Shown in pieces: positions 1 through 17,937 of a stretch of 64,000 bases of DNA. The stretch is taken from assembly GCF_009914755.1 (NCBI RefSeq), contig NC_060938.1. One strand, written 5' to 3'. The position numbers were made by a program, and so were the translations under genes. The notes under the pieces are model-generated. The model was given only the letters and a program-made list of their open reading frames with translations. It was not told the DNA's origin and made no database searches. Origin of the DNA: the human T2T-CHM13v2.0 reference genome, Homo sapiens. Every line of letters begins with the position of its first letter. Within the stretch, counting starts at the first letter, position 1.

Positions 1-1134
1 CTTGACATAAAGCTAGGCAGAAAGAGAAGAAAGAAGAGGCTTGAATAATTTCTAAATTGAATAAACACCAACTGCCAGTCCGAGATTAAACTGAATATAA
101 TATACAGGGAATCATGGGAGTCTTAGCTGGGTACTTCTGTAGAAGTACAACTTTTAGGTAGGTCTTATTTAGAAATAATTGGGTGGGAACGTTCTAAGAT
201 GTTGTTTTGATGGGTTCTATTAGCAGAAGACATGGATAAAAGGAACATATCATGAAGCTTTACAATCTTATTTAGTATAAATTGCATTGGAAGAACAAAG
301 CAGTATCAAAACTGTGGTTCGTGTCTTTGAAATCCAACACACAAAAATAAGACGTGTAGGCTCTCAAATTGCAGCTTTCTTGCAGTAGTAGTGAAACAGT
401 ATAATTACTCTTGAATAATTCTGCCACCTTTTACAACTTCCACAGGGTGTTACAAATTATAAACAAATCCAAAAAACTAATTGTTATCTTGGGGTTTGAT
501 CTATCTTGTTTTATGTCATCTGCTAGATTTTGAAATCTGTAGGAGAGTCAGAAAAAGAGTATATTGTTAGATACCAACATTAGGTTAAGTTTATGGTGAC
601 ATTAAAGATGACAATCAGACTTTACAATAGTAAGTTTACAGTTATTTTTGCTAATAGTAATTTTTTTTATCTGTTGTGTATTTGGTAGCTTTTGTAGCAA
701 ATATTCGTTTGAATCTGGCTGAAATTGAAGAAAATCCTAAATGGAGCTTTCTTGAGTAAATAAAATTATTATAGAAGGAGTAAGTTGGAAAGGATTCATA
801 AAACTTAGCTGGCTGGACACCCAGCTGCATACATTTATTTATAGGCTTTTACCTTGCTCATTTATTTTTCTAACAGTGTAAAACTGGAAGTTTAAAGTGA
901 AAGACTATTTACATACTTAAAATAGGAGCCTATTTAAAAATAACGGAGTCAATTATGAAAAACAAATGAAGTTTATTTGGCACCTTTTGAACATTACTGA
1001 ATTCTAGACTTGAAAATCTGTTTAAATTTATTTTTATAGCAATGGTAACTGTACTGGTCTGGTAGCTGTGCCAATTCTAAGTATAATATGCTTTAATTAA
1101 TGTATGCTTTGGTGTTTCTGTTAATGGACACTGA

Positions 1135-1432
<298 letters not shown>

Positions 1433-1681
1433 TGGACACTGATTTTATTCATGATAAATAAAATCTAAGCAAGACATCCTAATTTAGTTCCAGTAAAATA
1501 GTCTGAAAAGAGTGCTTTTTAATTTTTAAAATCTAGCCAATTAAGGATGAGAGAGTAAATCTTTACTGAGATAGCTCCTCTGACGCTGAGATGACTGGCC
1601 TGCGTGCTCTTGGTGCTAACAAAATTACATTGTTGAATGACTGAATAGCTTCATCATGAAAAACTTTGCTCTCTAAATTGA

Positions 1682-1885
1682 ATGTTGGCTAACTATGACA
1701 TGTGGACCAAATCCTGCCGTTTTTTGTGAAGTTTTATTGGAACACAGCCATGTTAATTTATTTACATATTGTTTATGGCTGCCTTGATGCTACAATGGTA
1801 ATGTTGAGTAGTTACCATAGAGATCATATGATCCTCAACGTCTGAAATATTTACTGTTAGCCCTTTAAGAATAAGTGTGCTCTGT
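1682..1885 (+). mobile_element. MER58A-like hAT-Charlie MITE
   Basis: gttttattggaacacagccatg...tatggctgc...gttgagtagtt...aaatatttact...gcccttta matches MER58A. Confidence 0.8.
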
Positions 1886-2009
1886 ATCTAAGTTTTTGGA
1901 GTTAGATCGTGTTAAAGTTCTGTTGGAGGTTTATGAGGTTAGCATTTTCATGTTTAATTTCCCATTCTACTTCATTTTAAGAAAGAATACTTTAAATGGT
2001 CATTTTGAG

Positions 2010-2125
2010 TGTAAGTTTCTGGCTTTCTCATTCATGAGTATGGATAATACCACCTTGCAGTGTTGCTGTGAGGATAAGTGAAAAAATGTAAATAAAATGC
2101 TTAGCTAACTGCCCAGTACCCAGAA
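2010..2125 (+). mobile_element. MIR fragment
   Basis: MIR core-like ttgctgtgaggataagtga...aaatgcttagc...cccagtac. Confidence 0.6.
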
Positions 2126-4449
2126 GGAATTCAAAAAATGGGGAGATGCAATCAGGGAAAGTGTTGGTGTCTGGGTAATTTAAGATGGTATGTTTTTATA
2201 GGTTCTGATTTGTCCATAGGGCTGGCAGTGGAGGCCTAGTTTATCCGGCATCTTTATATAACTTTGCTGTCTAATGTCCCTTTATCCTGTTCTTCCTCCG
2301 TCCTTAATCCCTTTGCTCCTCTCTCTCTTTCCTCTCTTTCTCTTTTCCTCCTGATCTTTATATTTTCCTCCCTTTGTTTCCTTTTTGATATATGCAAGCA
2401 TTGGTACTAAATTTAGGTCAGTCTCTTAGAGTACGTAGAGAGCCTAATATGTAGAATATTGTCAGTTAGTGTTATTTCTATTCTCTAGGAAGCAGAAGAA
2501 TTCGAAAATCTTGTAATTTCCCCCTCCTCCTTAATTTTTACATAACGTTTATTGGAGCCATCTAGGCATATGTAAAATCTACTCTTACCGTAGCAAATGT
2601 TAGGAGAGATCTTCAGTTTTTTTGGAACATTATGCCAAGAGTTCATCTTTAGGCAAGCTTGGTATTCTTCTAGAAGCAGGATAGATGATAGATCTTTCCT
2701 AGCATTTTGAAGGAAACTTGAAAATCTAGTGATGATAAAATTGACCCTAGCAATCTTATATTAGTTAGAACACTTAGTTATGTTCTTGTTTCATGGAAAC
2801 ATAAACTTAAAAAGCTGTTATTTTACTTGACAGGTAATGTTAGAAGATCAATTTGAAACTTAGGACCTAACCCCCTTCATGTTATTGTAAAACCAGCATT
2901 GATATAAATAAGAGAACAAGGAAAGAGAATTTTAAAATAGCTTTTGTTTTTATTGGTATTTATTATTATTTGGCAGTAGTTTTTAGTTTTTGTAGGTGTC
3001 ATAAAAATACAGAAAAGAGATAAAATTCTAGGATGATAGTTATAGCATTAGCAGAACTTTATGCAATAGAAGTTAACAATTAGCCATATTTCTAGATTTA
3101 GGTCCCCTCATTTGAAAATCTTGTTATCCATAGTAAATTTAATTGTTTTAATTTAGCTAAATTCTTCTGTTTGTGGTTTAAAAAATAGTTAAATTGGTCA
3201 AATTTCTCATTGACTGTTCCTCCCTTCTTAAATCTGATACCTAAATGCATTAAGCTTAAATTTTATATACCACCATTCTATGAAAAATCAAGTATCCTTC
3301 CTATTTTTCTCATTTATTTTACATAAAGCTGAGATTTTCATAGAGGCAGATATTAATCCCGTTTTTTCCTCTGAGGACACTGAGTCATACAGATATATAT
3401 ATGTATATTTAAACTGCAGTTTTAGTCAGTATAAAGTTGGAAACACAAATGTTAGATTTACCTTATTTTGTATGTTCATAGGAACCAGATAACAAAATTT
3501 AAAAAGTTTTTTTTTGTCTAGAAATAGGTAGGTAACATCGAAGATGAGTGATTGCTTCAGTTTTTCAAAAAATTTTGTCGAGGGGTTACGAGTTTTATTC
3601 TGTAGGATATGAAGAGAGTAGTAGGAAAGTTGTAAGACTTGATGAAACAACTCTAAGACATATCGTGTTAGGGTTCTGTTTACTTGTAGATGAGCAAAAC
3701 CAGTAACAGATTGATTTCATCTATCAAAGGAGAAAGAAGAGAGGGGAAGAAGAAAAAAAAGAGACATATTTTTTAATAGCGGATTTTGTTTTCCTTTCCT
3801 TGGCTAAGCTGCTGATTAATTGACAGCCAGCGAAGAGCCCAGACAGGGTATCCTGTCCTTCAGCAGCTGGATGCATCATCAAAGAAAACAGTTTTAGTTG
3901 TTTCTGAATCCTCTAGAAGACGTTTTGTATTTAATTGTGACTTGCATATAAGAGGTTGTCTCTGTGTTAGGTGTGCCAGTATCCTTGTTAGTGCTTCCAT
4001 CTCATTTATGCCAGATCTACATCAGAGTTTCTCACTTGCTTTATTATGGCCCTGTTTCCATGATCTTTTTTTATTTTGTCTTCTTTGGTGTGTTAGACAA
4101 GCTTTCCAAAAGTTAATGTTGTGTCTTTCTGGGGTTTTGCTTGCCATCACAAATCATTATTTTAAAATTGTTTACATGTAATTTGTTCTCAAACTCATGT
4201 TCAGATCAAAAAGGTCTTAGTCTGCTTGAGACTATATGGGAGACCTGAACTACAATATGTAAAGCATATAGGATGGATTTCTCTATCAGTTGTCTAGACG
4301 ATATTAGTAAATCGTAAAAAGTATTGACCCTAAGCAATTTATGCTCTTTTACTTAACTGTTGCTTTGGAAGTTTAGGTTATGATTTGTAATATTTTGCCA
4401 ATTTTATTTTCTGTACTCAGATTACTGTTGCTATATGCTTCACCTTTGA

Positions 4450-4614
<165 letters not shown>

Positions 4615-4715
4615 TAAAGAAGGGATAAATATTATAATAATAGTTGCACTTTTATTAATACTTACTGGGTGTCAGACATTATGCTAGATGCAATGTATAT
4701 TTTATGCACAATGTA

Positions 4716-7647
<2,932 letters not shown>

Positions 7648-7784
7648 AAAGCAGACATGGAAGACTGTACTTTGAGGAATCATTTCTATAATTCACTACT
7701 ACAGAAGTTTCTCTGAACACGTAGAGCACCGAATTTTAATAAAATAAATAAAAAGTATATATATAAAAAGAAATCAGACATGGT

Positions 7785-7965
7785 ACTGGACTGCCTGGGT
7801 TTGATTCTCAGCCCCATCCATTTACTAGCTATATGACTTGAGTAAATTGTTTTAATCTTTTTGTGCCTCAGACCCCCATATGTAAAATAGTTACAACTAC
7901 TGTGAGGATTAATATAATGCATTTAGCAGAATTTCTGGCACATAGTAAGTGATCAAAAATGGTAG
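7785..7965 (+). mobile_element. MIR
   Basis: ctgggtttgattctc...tttactagctatatgacttgag...tgtgaggatta...tggcacatagtaagtg. Confidence 0.75.
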
Positions 7966-8263
7966 ATCCTCATTATTGTCTCTTTATATTAAATGTGTGG
8001 ATATATGGGATTATTTGAATAGGAAATATATTTGTGTTCAGAAAAGATGAAAATTATTTTCTCTGATCAGATTTCTTGGTCAGATTTGTTTTAAAGTGTT
8101 AAAAAAAACTCCCAAAACATTATTTTCTTTCCCTAGCCTCTTTACTAGAAAGAAGTAATTTTTAAATACCTCTTTAATGTTTACTGCTGTTGTTATTGCA
8201 TTTAAAAAATAAAGCTATCAGAAGCTTTAAGAAGAAGGAAATGTTATTATCAAAAAATGAATT

Positions 8264-8577
<314 letters not shown>

Positions 8578-10929
8578 GGAATTGGAAAAACTGATAATTT
8601 TTTTAAAAGAATGGTTTTATGGGAAATTGGTTTATTGATTTGTAATGATAATGAGTATAAAATTGAATAATTTCTTTTTGTTCTTATTGGGCTTTTTATT
8701 TTCCATTGTTCTAGAGAAAATGACTATATTTACTCCTGTATATTTATTGGATTATCTCTGTAGGTAATAGAAGATTATTTTTGTTGTCATTAAAAGTTAA
8801 TTCAGCATTGCTTACCATTTAAGAGGCTTTTGTTTGTGGTTTAGTTGTTGGAGCCAATTATAATGTTAAGTTTTGGATAATTCTTTATGAGACAGTAAAG
8901 ATTCTCCCTAACATTTTGAAGAAAACTTAAAGATTTTAGTGATGTTAACATTGACCCTAGCAGTAGTATATTGCAAGTACCCACTTAATTATTTTCTTGT
9001 TTCATGAAACATAAACTTGAAAAGCTGTTATTCTGGTTTCTTTTTCTTGACTTTTTAGTGGAATACATACTTAGTTTGCAAATATATGACATGAGCCAAG
9101 GTGTCAAGCTTTCACAAAGAAGGAGTAATGAATTTGCATACTTTAAATGATAGATTCATTATGTTTGTCTCTTGATTAAAGTAATATGAAAACTAGTACA
9201 TGCAGAACATGAGGAATGGCAAAATGGAGCCCTCAGTGTCATTCTTTTCTTAAGTAGTCTGCTTGGTATATGCCAACATAAACACTCGAAGTGAACTTTA
9301 ATTTCTTTCTTCTTGTTTTACTGAAGCTATAATCTTAAATTTGATGTTTGCAAATTGGCTGCCAGTAAATAGGCTTTCGGGTAAAGACGAGGTACTGGAA
9401 ATCTTGGAAAGGCTGAAAAAAAAAAAAAAAACACTTTCTCTGTTGACAGGCTGATCTTAAGTCCCCCAAGAAATAAACTGAATGATTAAGGCGTTCACTT
9501 AAAAGAATGTGGAATCTTAAAAATGCAACTTATAAATTATTTTTGAATCTTAGAAAAACCTGCCACCATTCTACTAATTGGTATCATTCTGACATTTCTA
9601 CATTTTTCATGTTAATTTATCCTATTCTGCTATTACAGAAAACACAATACAATACAAAATTACTTAATTAACAATAAAGAGAAACTATGAAAGACTTGTT
9701 TCCAGCAGTTCAGGTTTTGGGGAGATAGACCAGTGAATTGAATCCCACCTTTATAGGTGTTCCTCTGTTCTGGGACTAAGCTGGACAGCCTTGCAAGCAG
9801 TGGGACTTCAGAATTACCTTTCTCCTTATTATTTAAATAGATGTATGGCAATGTAGTTTTTGACAATTTGTTCATTTTAAAATGATATGTTAGGGTTGGC
9901 AGATCATACGTTTATCCACATTCTCTTCATACCTTTTTTTGGGAGGGTGGGGGGAATTGTAGAAAAACAACACATTTTGCATTTAAGACATTTTAGCCTT
10001 CATTACCAAGAGAAAGTTTCTGTTCGATTTTAAAAAAGTGAATTCAGTAATTGAAGATTTTAAGTTTATAATAGTTTTGAGTTTCTTAGGCTGAGAATGT
10101 TTCCGTCAGCTTAAAATGACAATAGTGATTTTTCTATGTTATCATGCAAAATTATGGTAGTGGAAAATCTAGCCAGTTTGTAGAAAGGGCATTATGCAAA
10201 AGCATCAACAGGCTGACATTATAATGACTGAAGATGAGCAGTTACTTTGGGAAGCTAGTGGGATTTAGAATAAAACCTAAACGTCCTTGGAGAAACCAGC
10301 ATCTAAGCATGAATATAACCTTTTTTAAAGAACAAATGCCAATTTTTTCCTTCATTTTAGCTTTCCAAATAGTGTCAAATTCAGATTTCATATTATAGTA
10401 TAGCCAAATTATAGTCCTAGAAATTATTGTAGGTTTTCAATTGAAATGGCAAATGAATATTAAATGGCTGTTGCACAAGAGAGACAACACATCTCTCTCT
10501 TAGTAGATATTAGTAGAAATATCTGCTTTGTTTCATAGTTTTGTGATGAAAAATCACTTTCAGAATACTGGTGAATTTATTACTACTTAGTTTTACTGAA
10601 GAGTCTTTAAATGTAATGAGCTAATAAAGTAGGAAAATTTCAAGACCTGTGGAGAGAGTTTACTAAAATGGATATGTCAAGTATTTTATTGAGGATGACA
10701 CAGTGTTTATTAGTGATTTTGAGTAGGATCCCCTTGTCTTTTCTATTGTGGGATAGTAATTTTGCACTCATGGCACAGTTTTCTGCTCTATTTGTTTAAA
10801 GTTAGTAAACTTTTTTCAAGTTTAGGAATTAATGTGTATGTAGGCTTCTGAGACAGAGAAGTGGAAAATCAGCTTGAGCAAATGACCTTTTATAATCTCT
10901 GATAAAAACTACAAAGAAGGGACTGAGAT

Positions 10930-11319
10930 CTTCTGCTTCTTTCTTCTTTCTTCTTCTTTCTTCTTTCTTCTTCTTCTTCTTCCTTCCTTCCTCCTTCTCC
11001 TTCTCCTTCTTCTTCTTCTTTTCCTTCCTCCTCCTCCTCTTCCTCCTCCCTTCTCCTTTCTCGTCTCCTCCTTTCTTCCTCCTCCCTTCTCCTTCCTTGT
11101 CTCCTCCCTTCTTCCTCCTCCTTGTCTCCTCCCTTCTCCTTCCTTCTCTCCTCCTCCCTTCTCCCTCCTCCTCTTGTCCTCTCTTCTCCCTCCTCCTCTT
11201 CTCCCCTCTCCCTCCTCCTCTCGTCCTCCCTTCTCCTTCTTCCTTTTCTCCTCCCTCACTCCTTCTCCCTCCTCCTCCCTCCTCCTCCATTCTTCTTCTT
11301 CTTCCTCCTTCATCTTCCT

Positions 11320-11350
<31 letters not shown>
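10930..11350. repeat. ~420-bp polypyrimidine (TTC/TCC/CCT) low-complexity tract with internal ~36-bp units
   Basis: Nearly pure C/T on + strand; repeat period visible as 12-aa repeats in the - strand translation. Confidence 0.95.
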
Positions 11351-11626
11351 GAGAGTATCACTCTGTTGCCCAGGCTGGAGTAAAGTGGTGCCATCATAAC
11401 TCACTGCAGCCTCAAACTCCTGGGCTCAAGTGACTGTCCCTCCTCAGCCTCCCAAGTAGGTGGGACTACAGGCGTGTGCCACCATACTGGCTAATTTTTA
11501 ATTTTTTGTAGAGCTGGGGTCTCACTGTGTTGCCCAGGCTGGTCTTGAACTCCTGGACTCAAGCAATCCTCCTGCTTTGGCCACCCAAAGTGCTGCGATT
11601 ACAGGGCTGAGCCACCACACCTGGCC
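11351..11626 (-). mobile_element. AluJ whose tail is the 10930-11350 tract
   Basis: Antisense AluJ (ctcactgcagcctcaaactcctgggctcaag); TSD gggactgagatcttct (10919) / ggaactgagatttctt (11628). Confidence 0.9.
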
Positions 11627-11719
11627 TGGAACTGAGATTTCTTAAAGGTAACTTAAGTGCTTAAAGAATGAGAGTGAACTCTAGTTATTCCTTAAGTCAC
11701 TCTGTTGTTTCCTTCCAGA

Positions 11720-12210
11720 GAAGAGATCTAGGGGTGTTGCTGAAGGTGTTAACATGCAAGATCACATTCCTATCCAAAGCATGGAGTTCCCAAAGGGTGT
11801 AACAGCTATTTGCTGCTCGGCTTGTGGATGTTAGCCCAGCCGGTTAGGGTGGTTCTGGGGATACTCACCAGATACCTCCAGTTTTAAGATGACTAGTACA
11901 GTAGCCTCATGGGCCACAGAGGGCAGGGCATATTGTTGGCTCCTCTTTGGGGTATCATAGATATGTGGACTGCAGGAGGCTCCTTCAGCTTGAGGTCTGT
12001 AGTTGTCCAAGGTTTTGATGGGGGTTGTTGGAATATTCTTGCTTACCTCTTCACTGTAGGGAAAATTTCCTCCTGATTCCCAGCTGATCCTGGTTGCTGG
12101 GATAGGGTTGTGGAGTTGGTGTATCCAAATGTAGTTATTTATTTGTTGTTCTGGCTGTCTTTGTGAGGAGGATGAGCACCAGGGGCTTAGTCAACTCTCT
12201 TGCTGACATC
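11720..12210 (-). mobile_element. Probable old L1M 5'-region fragment
   Basis: GC-richer block resembling an antisense L1M 5'UTR (gcttacctcttcactgtaggg...cccagctgatcc); weak recognition. Confidence 0.35.
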
Positions 12211-12326
12211 ACTTTATTTTGTTCTTTAAAGGGGCAATCATTACAGAACTGGAAGAAAAGAGAATAGTGATGTTTCATTGGGAAACTTGGCTATTAACCT
12301 TCTCTAATTTTCAGTTTAGAAACTTA

Positions 12327-12746
<420 letters not shown>

Positions 12747-13490
12747 CTATCAGATAAATTTAACAAAGAGATTGAAATAATTAAAAAGATTCAAGCTGAA
12801 ATTCTTGAGCTGAAAAATGAAGTTGGCATGCTGAAGAATGCATCAGTCTTTTAATAGAATTGATCAAGCAGAAGAAAGAATTAGTGAACTTGAAGACAGA
12901 CTATTTGAAAATATATAGTCAGAGGAGACAAAAGAAAAAAGAATGAAAAACAGTGAAGCACAACAACAGGATCTAGGAAATAGTCTCAAAAGGGTAAATC
13001 TAAGGGTTATTGGCCTTAAAGAAGAGGGAAAAGAAAGAGCTAGAGGTAGAAAGTTCATTCAAAGGATAATAACAGATCACTTCCAAAACCTGGAGAAAGA
13101 TATCAATATCCAAAAGTACAATAAGGTTATAAAACAAAACAGATTTAACCAAAAGAAAACTATCCAAAGGCATTTAATAATCAAACTCCCAAAGATCAAG
13201 GATAAAGAAACAATCCTAAAAGCAGCAAGAGAAAAGAAATAAATGACATACAATGGAGCTCCAGTACCTCTGGCAGCAGACTTTTCAGTGGAAACCTTAC
13301 AGGCCAAGAGAGAATGGCATGACATATTTAAAATGCTGAGGGAAAACACTTTTACCCTAAAATAGTATATCTGGTGAAAATATCCTTCAAGCATCAAGAA
13401 GAAATAAAGACTTTCCCAGACAAACAAAAGCTGAGGGATTTTTAACACCAGACTTGAGCTACAGGAGATGTTAAAGGGAATACTTCATCA

Positions 13491-13815
<325 letters not shown>

Positions 13816-13959
13816 AAGAAAAAGACATTGATGAACAGTAGGTAATCACCTGAAGGTACAAAACTCACTCGTAATAGTAAGTATGCAGGGAAAAAAAGAT
13901 TTTTGTAACATTGTAACTATGTGTGTAATCTACTCTTATCCTAAGTAGAAATCTAGACT

Positions 13960-14107
13960 TAGAATCTAATGCTGCCACTGATCTGACAGGAGGCGGAACT
14001 CAGACAGTAATGTTCCCTTGCCTGCTACTCACCTCCTGCTGTGTGGCCCAGTTTCTAACAGGCCACAGACTGGTACTGGTTTGCGGCCTGGGGGTTGGGG
14101 ACCCCTG
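13960..14107 (-). mobile_element. MER1B, one terminal half only
   Basis: gaatctaatgctgccactgatctgacaggaggcgg...gggggttggggacccctg is the reverse complement of the MER1 terminus. Confidence 0.85.
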
Positions 14108-17100
14108 GGTTATCAGATAGAATTGCAAGCCTCATGGTAACCTCAAACCAAAAAACATTCAATGAATACACAACAAATAAAAAGCAAGAAAGTAAATTAT
14201 ATCACCAGAGAAAATCAGCTTCACTTAAGGAAGACAGGAAGGAAAGAAGGAAGGAAGAGAAGACCACAAAACAACCAGAAAACAAGTAACAATATGGCAG
14301 GAATAAGTCTTTATTTATTAGTAATAACAATGGACTAAACTCTCCAATCAAAAGATGGAGTGGCTAAATAGATAAAAAAAAACAAGACCCATTGATTTGT
14401 AGCCTACAAGAACTACATTTCACCTATAAAGACACACATAGACTGAAAATAAAGGGGTATAAAAGATACTCCATGCCAACAGAAACCAAAAAAGAGCAGG
14501 AGTTGCTATACTTACATCAGACAAAACAGATTTTAAGACAAAAATCTATAAGAAGAGACAAAGAAGGTCACTATATAATGATAAAGGGGTCAATGCAGCA
14601 AGAGGATATAACAATTTTAAATATATATGCACCCAACACTGGAGCACCTGGATATATAAAGCAAATATTATCAGAGCTAAAGAAAGAGATAAAGCTCAAT
14701 ACAATAATACCTGGAGACTTCAATACCCCACTTGCAGCATTGAACAAATCTTCCAGACAGAAAATCAACAAAGAAACATCAGACTTTATCTGTATAGACA
14801 TAAGGGATCTAATAGATATTTACAGAGCATTTCATCCAGTGAATGCAGAATACACATTCTTTTCCTCAGCACATGGATCATTCTTAAGGATATACCACAT
14901 GTTAGGTCACAAAACAAGTCTTAAAACATTCAAAAAATGGAAATAATATCAAGCATCTTCTCTGACCACAATGGAATAAAATTGGAAATCCATAACAAGA
15001 ATTTTGGAAACTGTACAAATACATGGAAATTAAACAATATGCTCCTGAATGACCTGTGGGCCAATGAAGAAATTAAGAAGGAAATTGAAAAATTTCTTGA
15101 AAAAAATGATAATGGAGATATAACATACCAAACCCTGTGGGATACAACAAAAGCTGTACTAAGAGGGAAGTTTGTAGCTATAAGTGCCTATATCAAAAAG
15201 AGGTAAAATTTTCAATAAACAATTTAACGATGCATCTTAAAGAACTAGAAAAGCAAGAGCAAACTACACCCGAAATTAGTAGAAGAAAAGACATAATAAA
15301 GATCAGAGAAGAAGTAAATGAAATGAAGAAAACAATACAAAAGATCAATGAAACAAAAAGTTGCTTTTTAAAAAGATTGACAGAATTGACAAACCTCTAG
15401 CCAGACTAAGAAAAGAGGAAAGAAGATTAAAAATAAACAAAATCAGAAATGAAAAAGGAGATGTTACAACTGATACTGCAGAAATTCAAAGGATCATTAG
15501 TGGCTACTGTGAGTAAGTACATGCCAATAAATTGGAAAATCTAGAAGAAATGGATAAATTCATATACACGTACAACCTACCAAGATTGAATTAGGAAGAA
15601 TTCAATCTTCCTAAACTTAAACAGACCAACAACAAGTAACAAGATCAATGCTGTAATAAAAAGTCTCCCAGTAAAGAAAAGTCCACGACCCAATAGCTTC
15701 ACTGCTGAATTCTACCAAATATTTAAAGAACCAATACCAATCCTACTCAAACTGTTCTGAAAAACAGAGGAGGAGGGAATATTGCCACACTCATTCTGTG
15801 AGGCCAGTATTACCCTGATATCAAAACCAGAGAAAGATACATCAAAAAAAAAAAAAAAAAAAAAAAGAAAGAAAACTGCAGGCCACCTTCTCTGATGAAT
15901 ACTGATGCATAAATCCTCAATAAAATACTAGGAAACCAAATTCAGTAATACATTAGACCATTCATCATGACCAACTGGGATTTATCCCTGGGATGCAAGG
16001 ATGGTTCAGCACAAGCAAATCAATTAATGTGATGCAGTGTATCAACAGAATGAAGGACTGAAACCATATGATCATTTCACTTGATGGTGAAAAAGCATTT
16101 GATAAAATTCAACATCCCTTCAGGATACAAACCTTCAAAAAACTGGGTATAGAAGGAACATACCTCAACATAATAAACAGCATGTATGACAGACCCTCAG
16201 CTAGCATCATAATGAATGGAGAAAAACTGAAAGCCTTCCCTCTAATATCTGGAACATGACAAGGATGCCCACGTTCACCACTGTTATTCAACATAGTACT
16301 GGAAGTCATAGCTAGAGCAATCAGACAAGAGAATGAAATAAGGGACATCCAAATTGGAAGGGAAGATGTCAAATTATTCTTGTTTGCAGATGCTTTAATG
16401 TTATATTTGGAAAAACCTAAAGACTCCACAAAAAAACTATTAGAACTGATAAACAAGTTCAGTAAAGCTGCAGGATACAAAATCTACTTGCAGAAATTGG
16501 TAGCATTTTTATATGCCAACAGTGAACAATCTTAGAAAGAAAAACATAATCCCGTTTATAATAGCCACACATAAAATTAAATACTTAGGAATTAACCAAA
16601 AAAGCAAAATATGTCTATAATGAAAACTGTAAAACACTGATGCAAATAACTGAATGGGACACACAAAAAATGGAAAGATTTTCCATGTTCATGGATTGGA
16701 AGAATCAATATTGTTAAATTGTCCCTACTATTCAAAGCAATCTACAGATTCAATGCAATCCCTATCAAAATACCAATATCATTCTTCATGGAAATAGAAA
16801 AACAATTCTACTATTTATATGGAACCACAGAAGATCCAGAATAGCCAAAGCTAATCTAGGCAAAAAGAACAAAACTGGAGGGATCACATTACCTGACTTC
16901 AAATTATGCTACAGAGCTGTAGTAACCAAAACAGGATGGTACTGGCATAAAAACAGACACACAGACGAATAGAACCAAATAAAGAACCCAGAAACAAATA
17001 TACACACCTGCAGTGAATTCATTTTCGACAAAGTTTCCAAGAGCATACAGTGGGGGAAAAGATGGTCTCTTTAATAAATTGTTTTGGGAAAACTGGATAT

Positions 17101-17439
17101 TTGTATGCAAAAGAATGAAACTAGACCCCTATCTCTCACCATATGCAAAAATCAAATAAAAATGGATGAAAAACTTTGAGACCTTCAACTGTGAAGCTAC
17201 TAAAAGAAAACATTGGGAAAGATCTCCAGGACATTGGCTTCAACAAACATTTCTTGAGCAATACCCAACAAGCACAGGCAACCAAAGCAAAAATGGGCAA
17301 ATGGTATAGCATCAAGTTAAAAAGCTGCTGCAGAGCAAAGGAAACAATCAACAAAGTAAAGAACAACCCACAGAATGAGAGAAAATATTTGCAAACTACA
17401 CATCTGACAAGACATTAATAATGAATATATTACTTTGTA

Positions 17440-17486
17440 CATTAATTTTAATGGCAAAAACTGCAATTACTTTTGCACCAACCTGA
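17440..17486. mobile_element. Half MADE1 (Hsmar1-derived MITE)
   Basis: ttttaatggcaaaaactgcaattacttttgcaccaacct is one Hsmar1/MADE1 arm. Confidence 0.85.
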
Positions 17487-17618
17487 TATAAGGAGCTCAG
17501 ACAAATCTATAGGAAAACAATCTAATAATCTGATAAAAAATGGACAACAGATTTGAATAGGCATTTCTCAAAAGAAGACATGCAAATAGCAAACAGGCAT
17601 ATGAAAAGGTGCTCAACA

Positions 17619-17937
<319 letters not shown>

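Noticed and set aside
2725-2822. C/D box snoRNA call for the duplicated block
   Set aside because: The C-box is present in only one copy, with no convincing terminal D box or stem
10829-11404. Long K/E/R/G-rich and S/P/L/F-rich ORFs
   Set aside because: Artefacts of a stop-free purine/pyrimidine tract plus Alu; not genes
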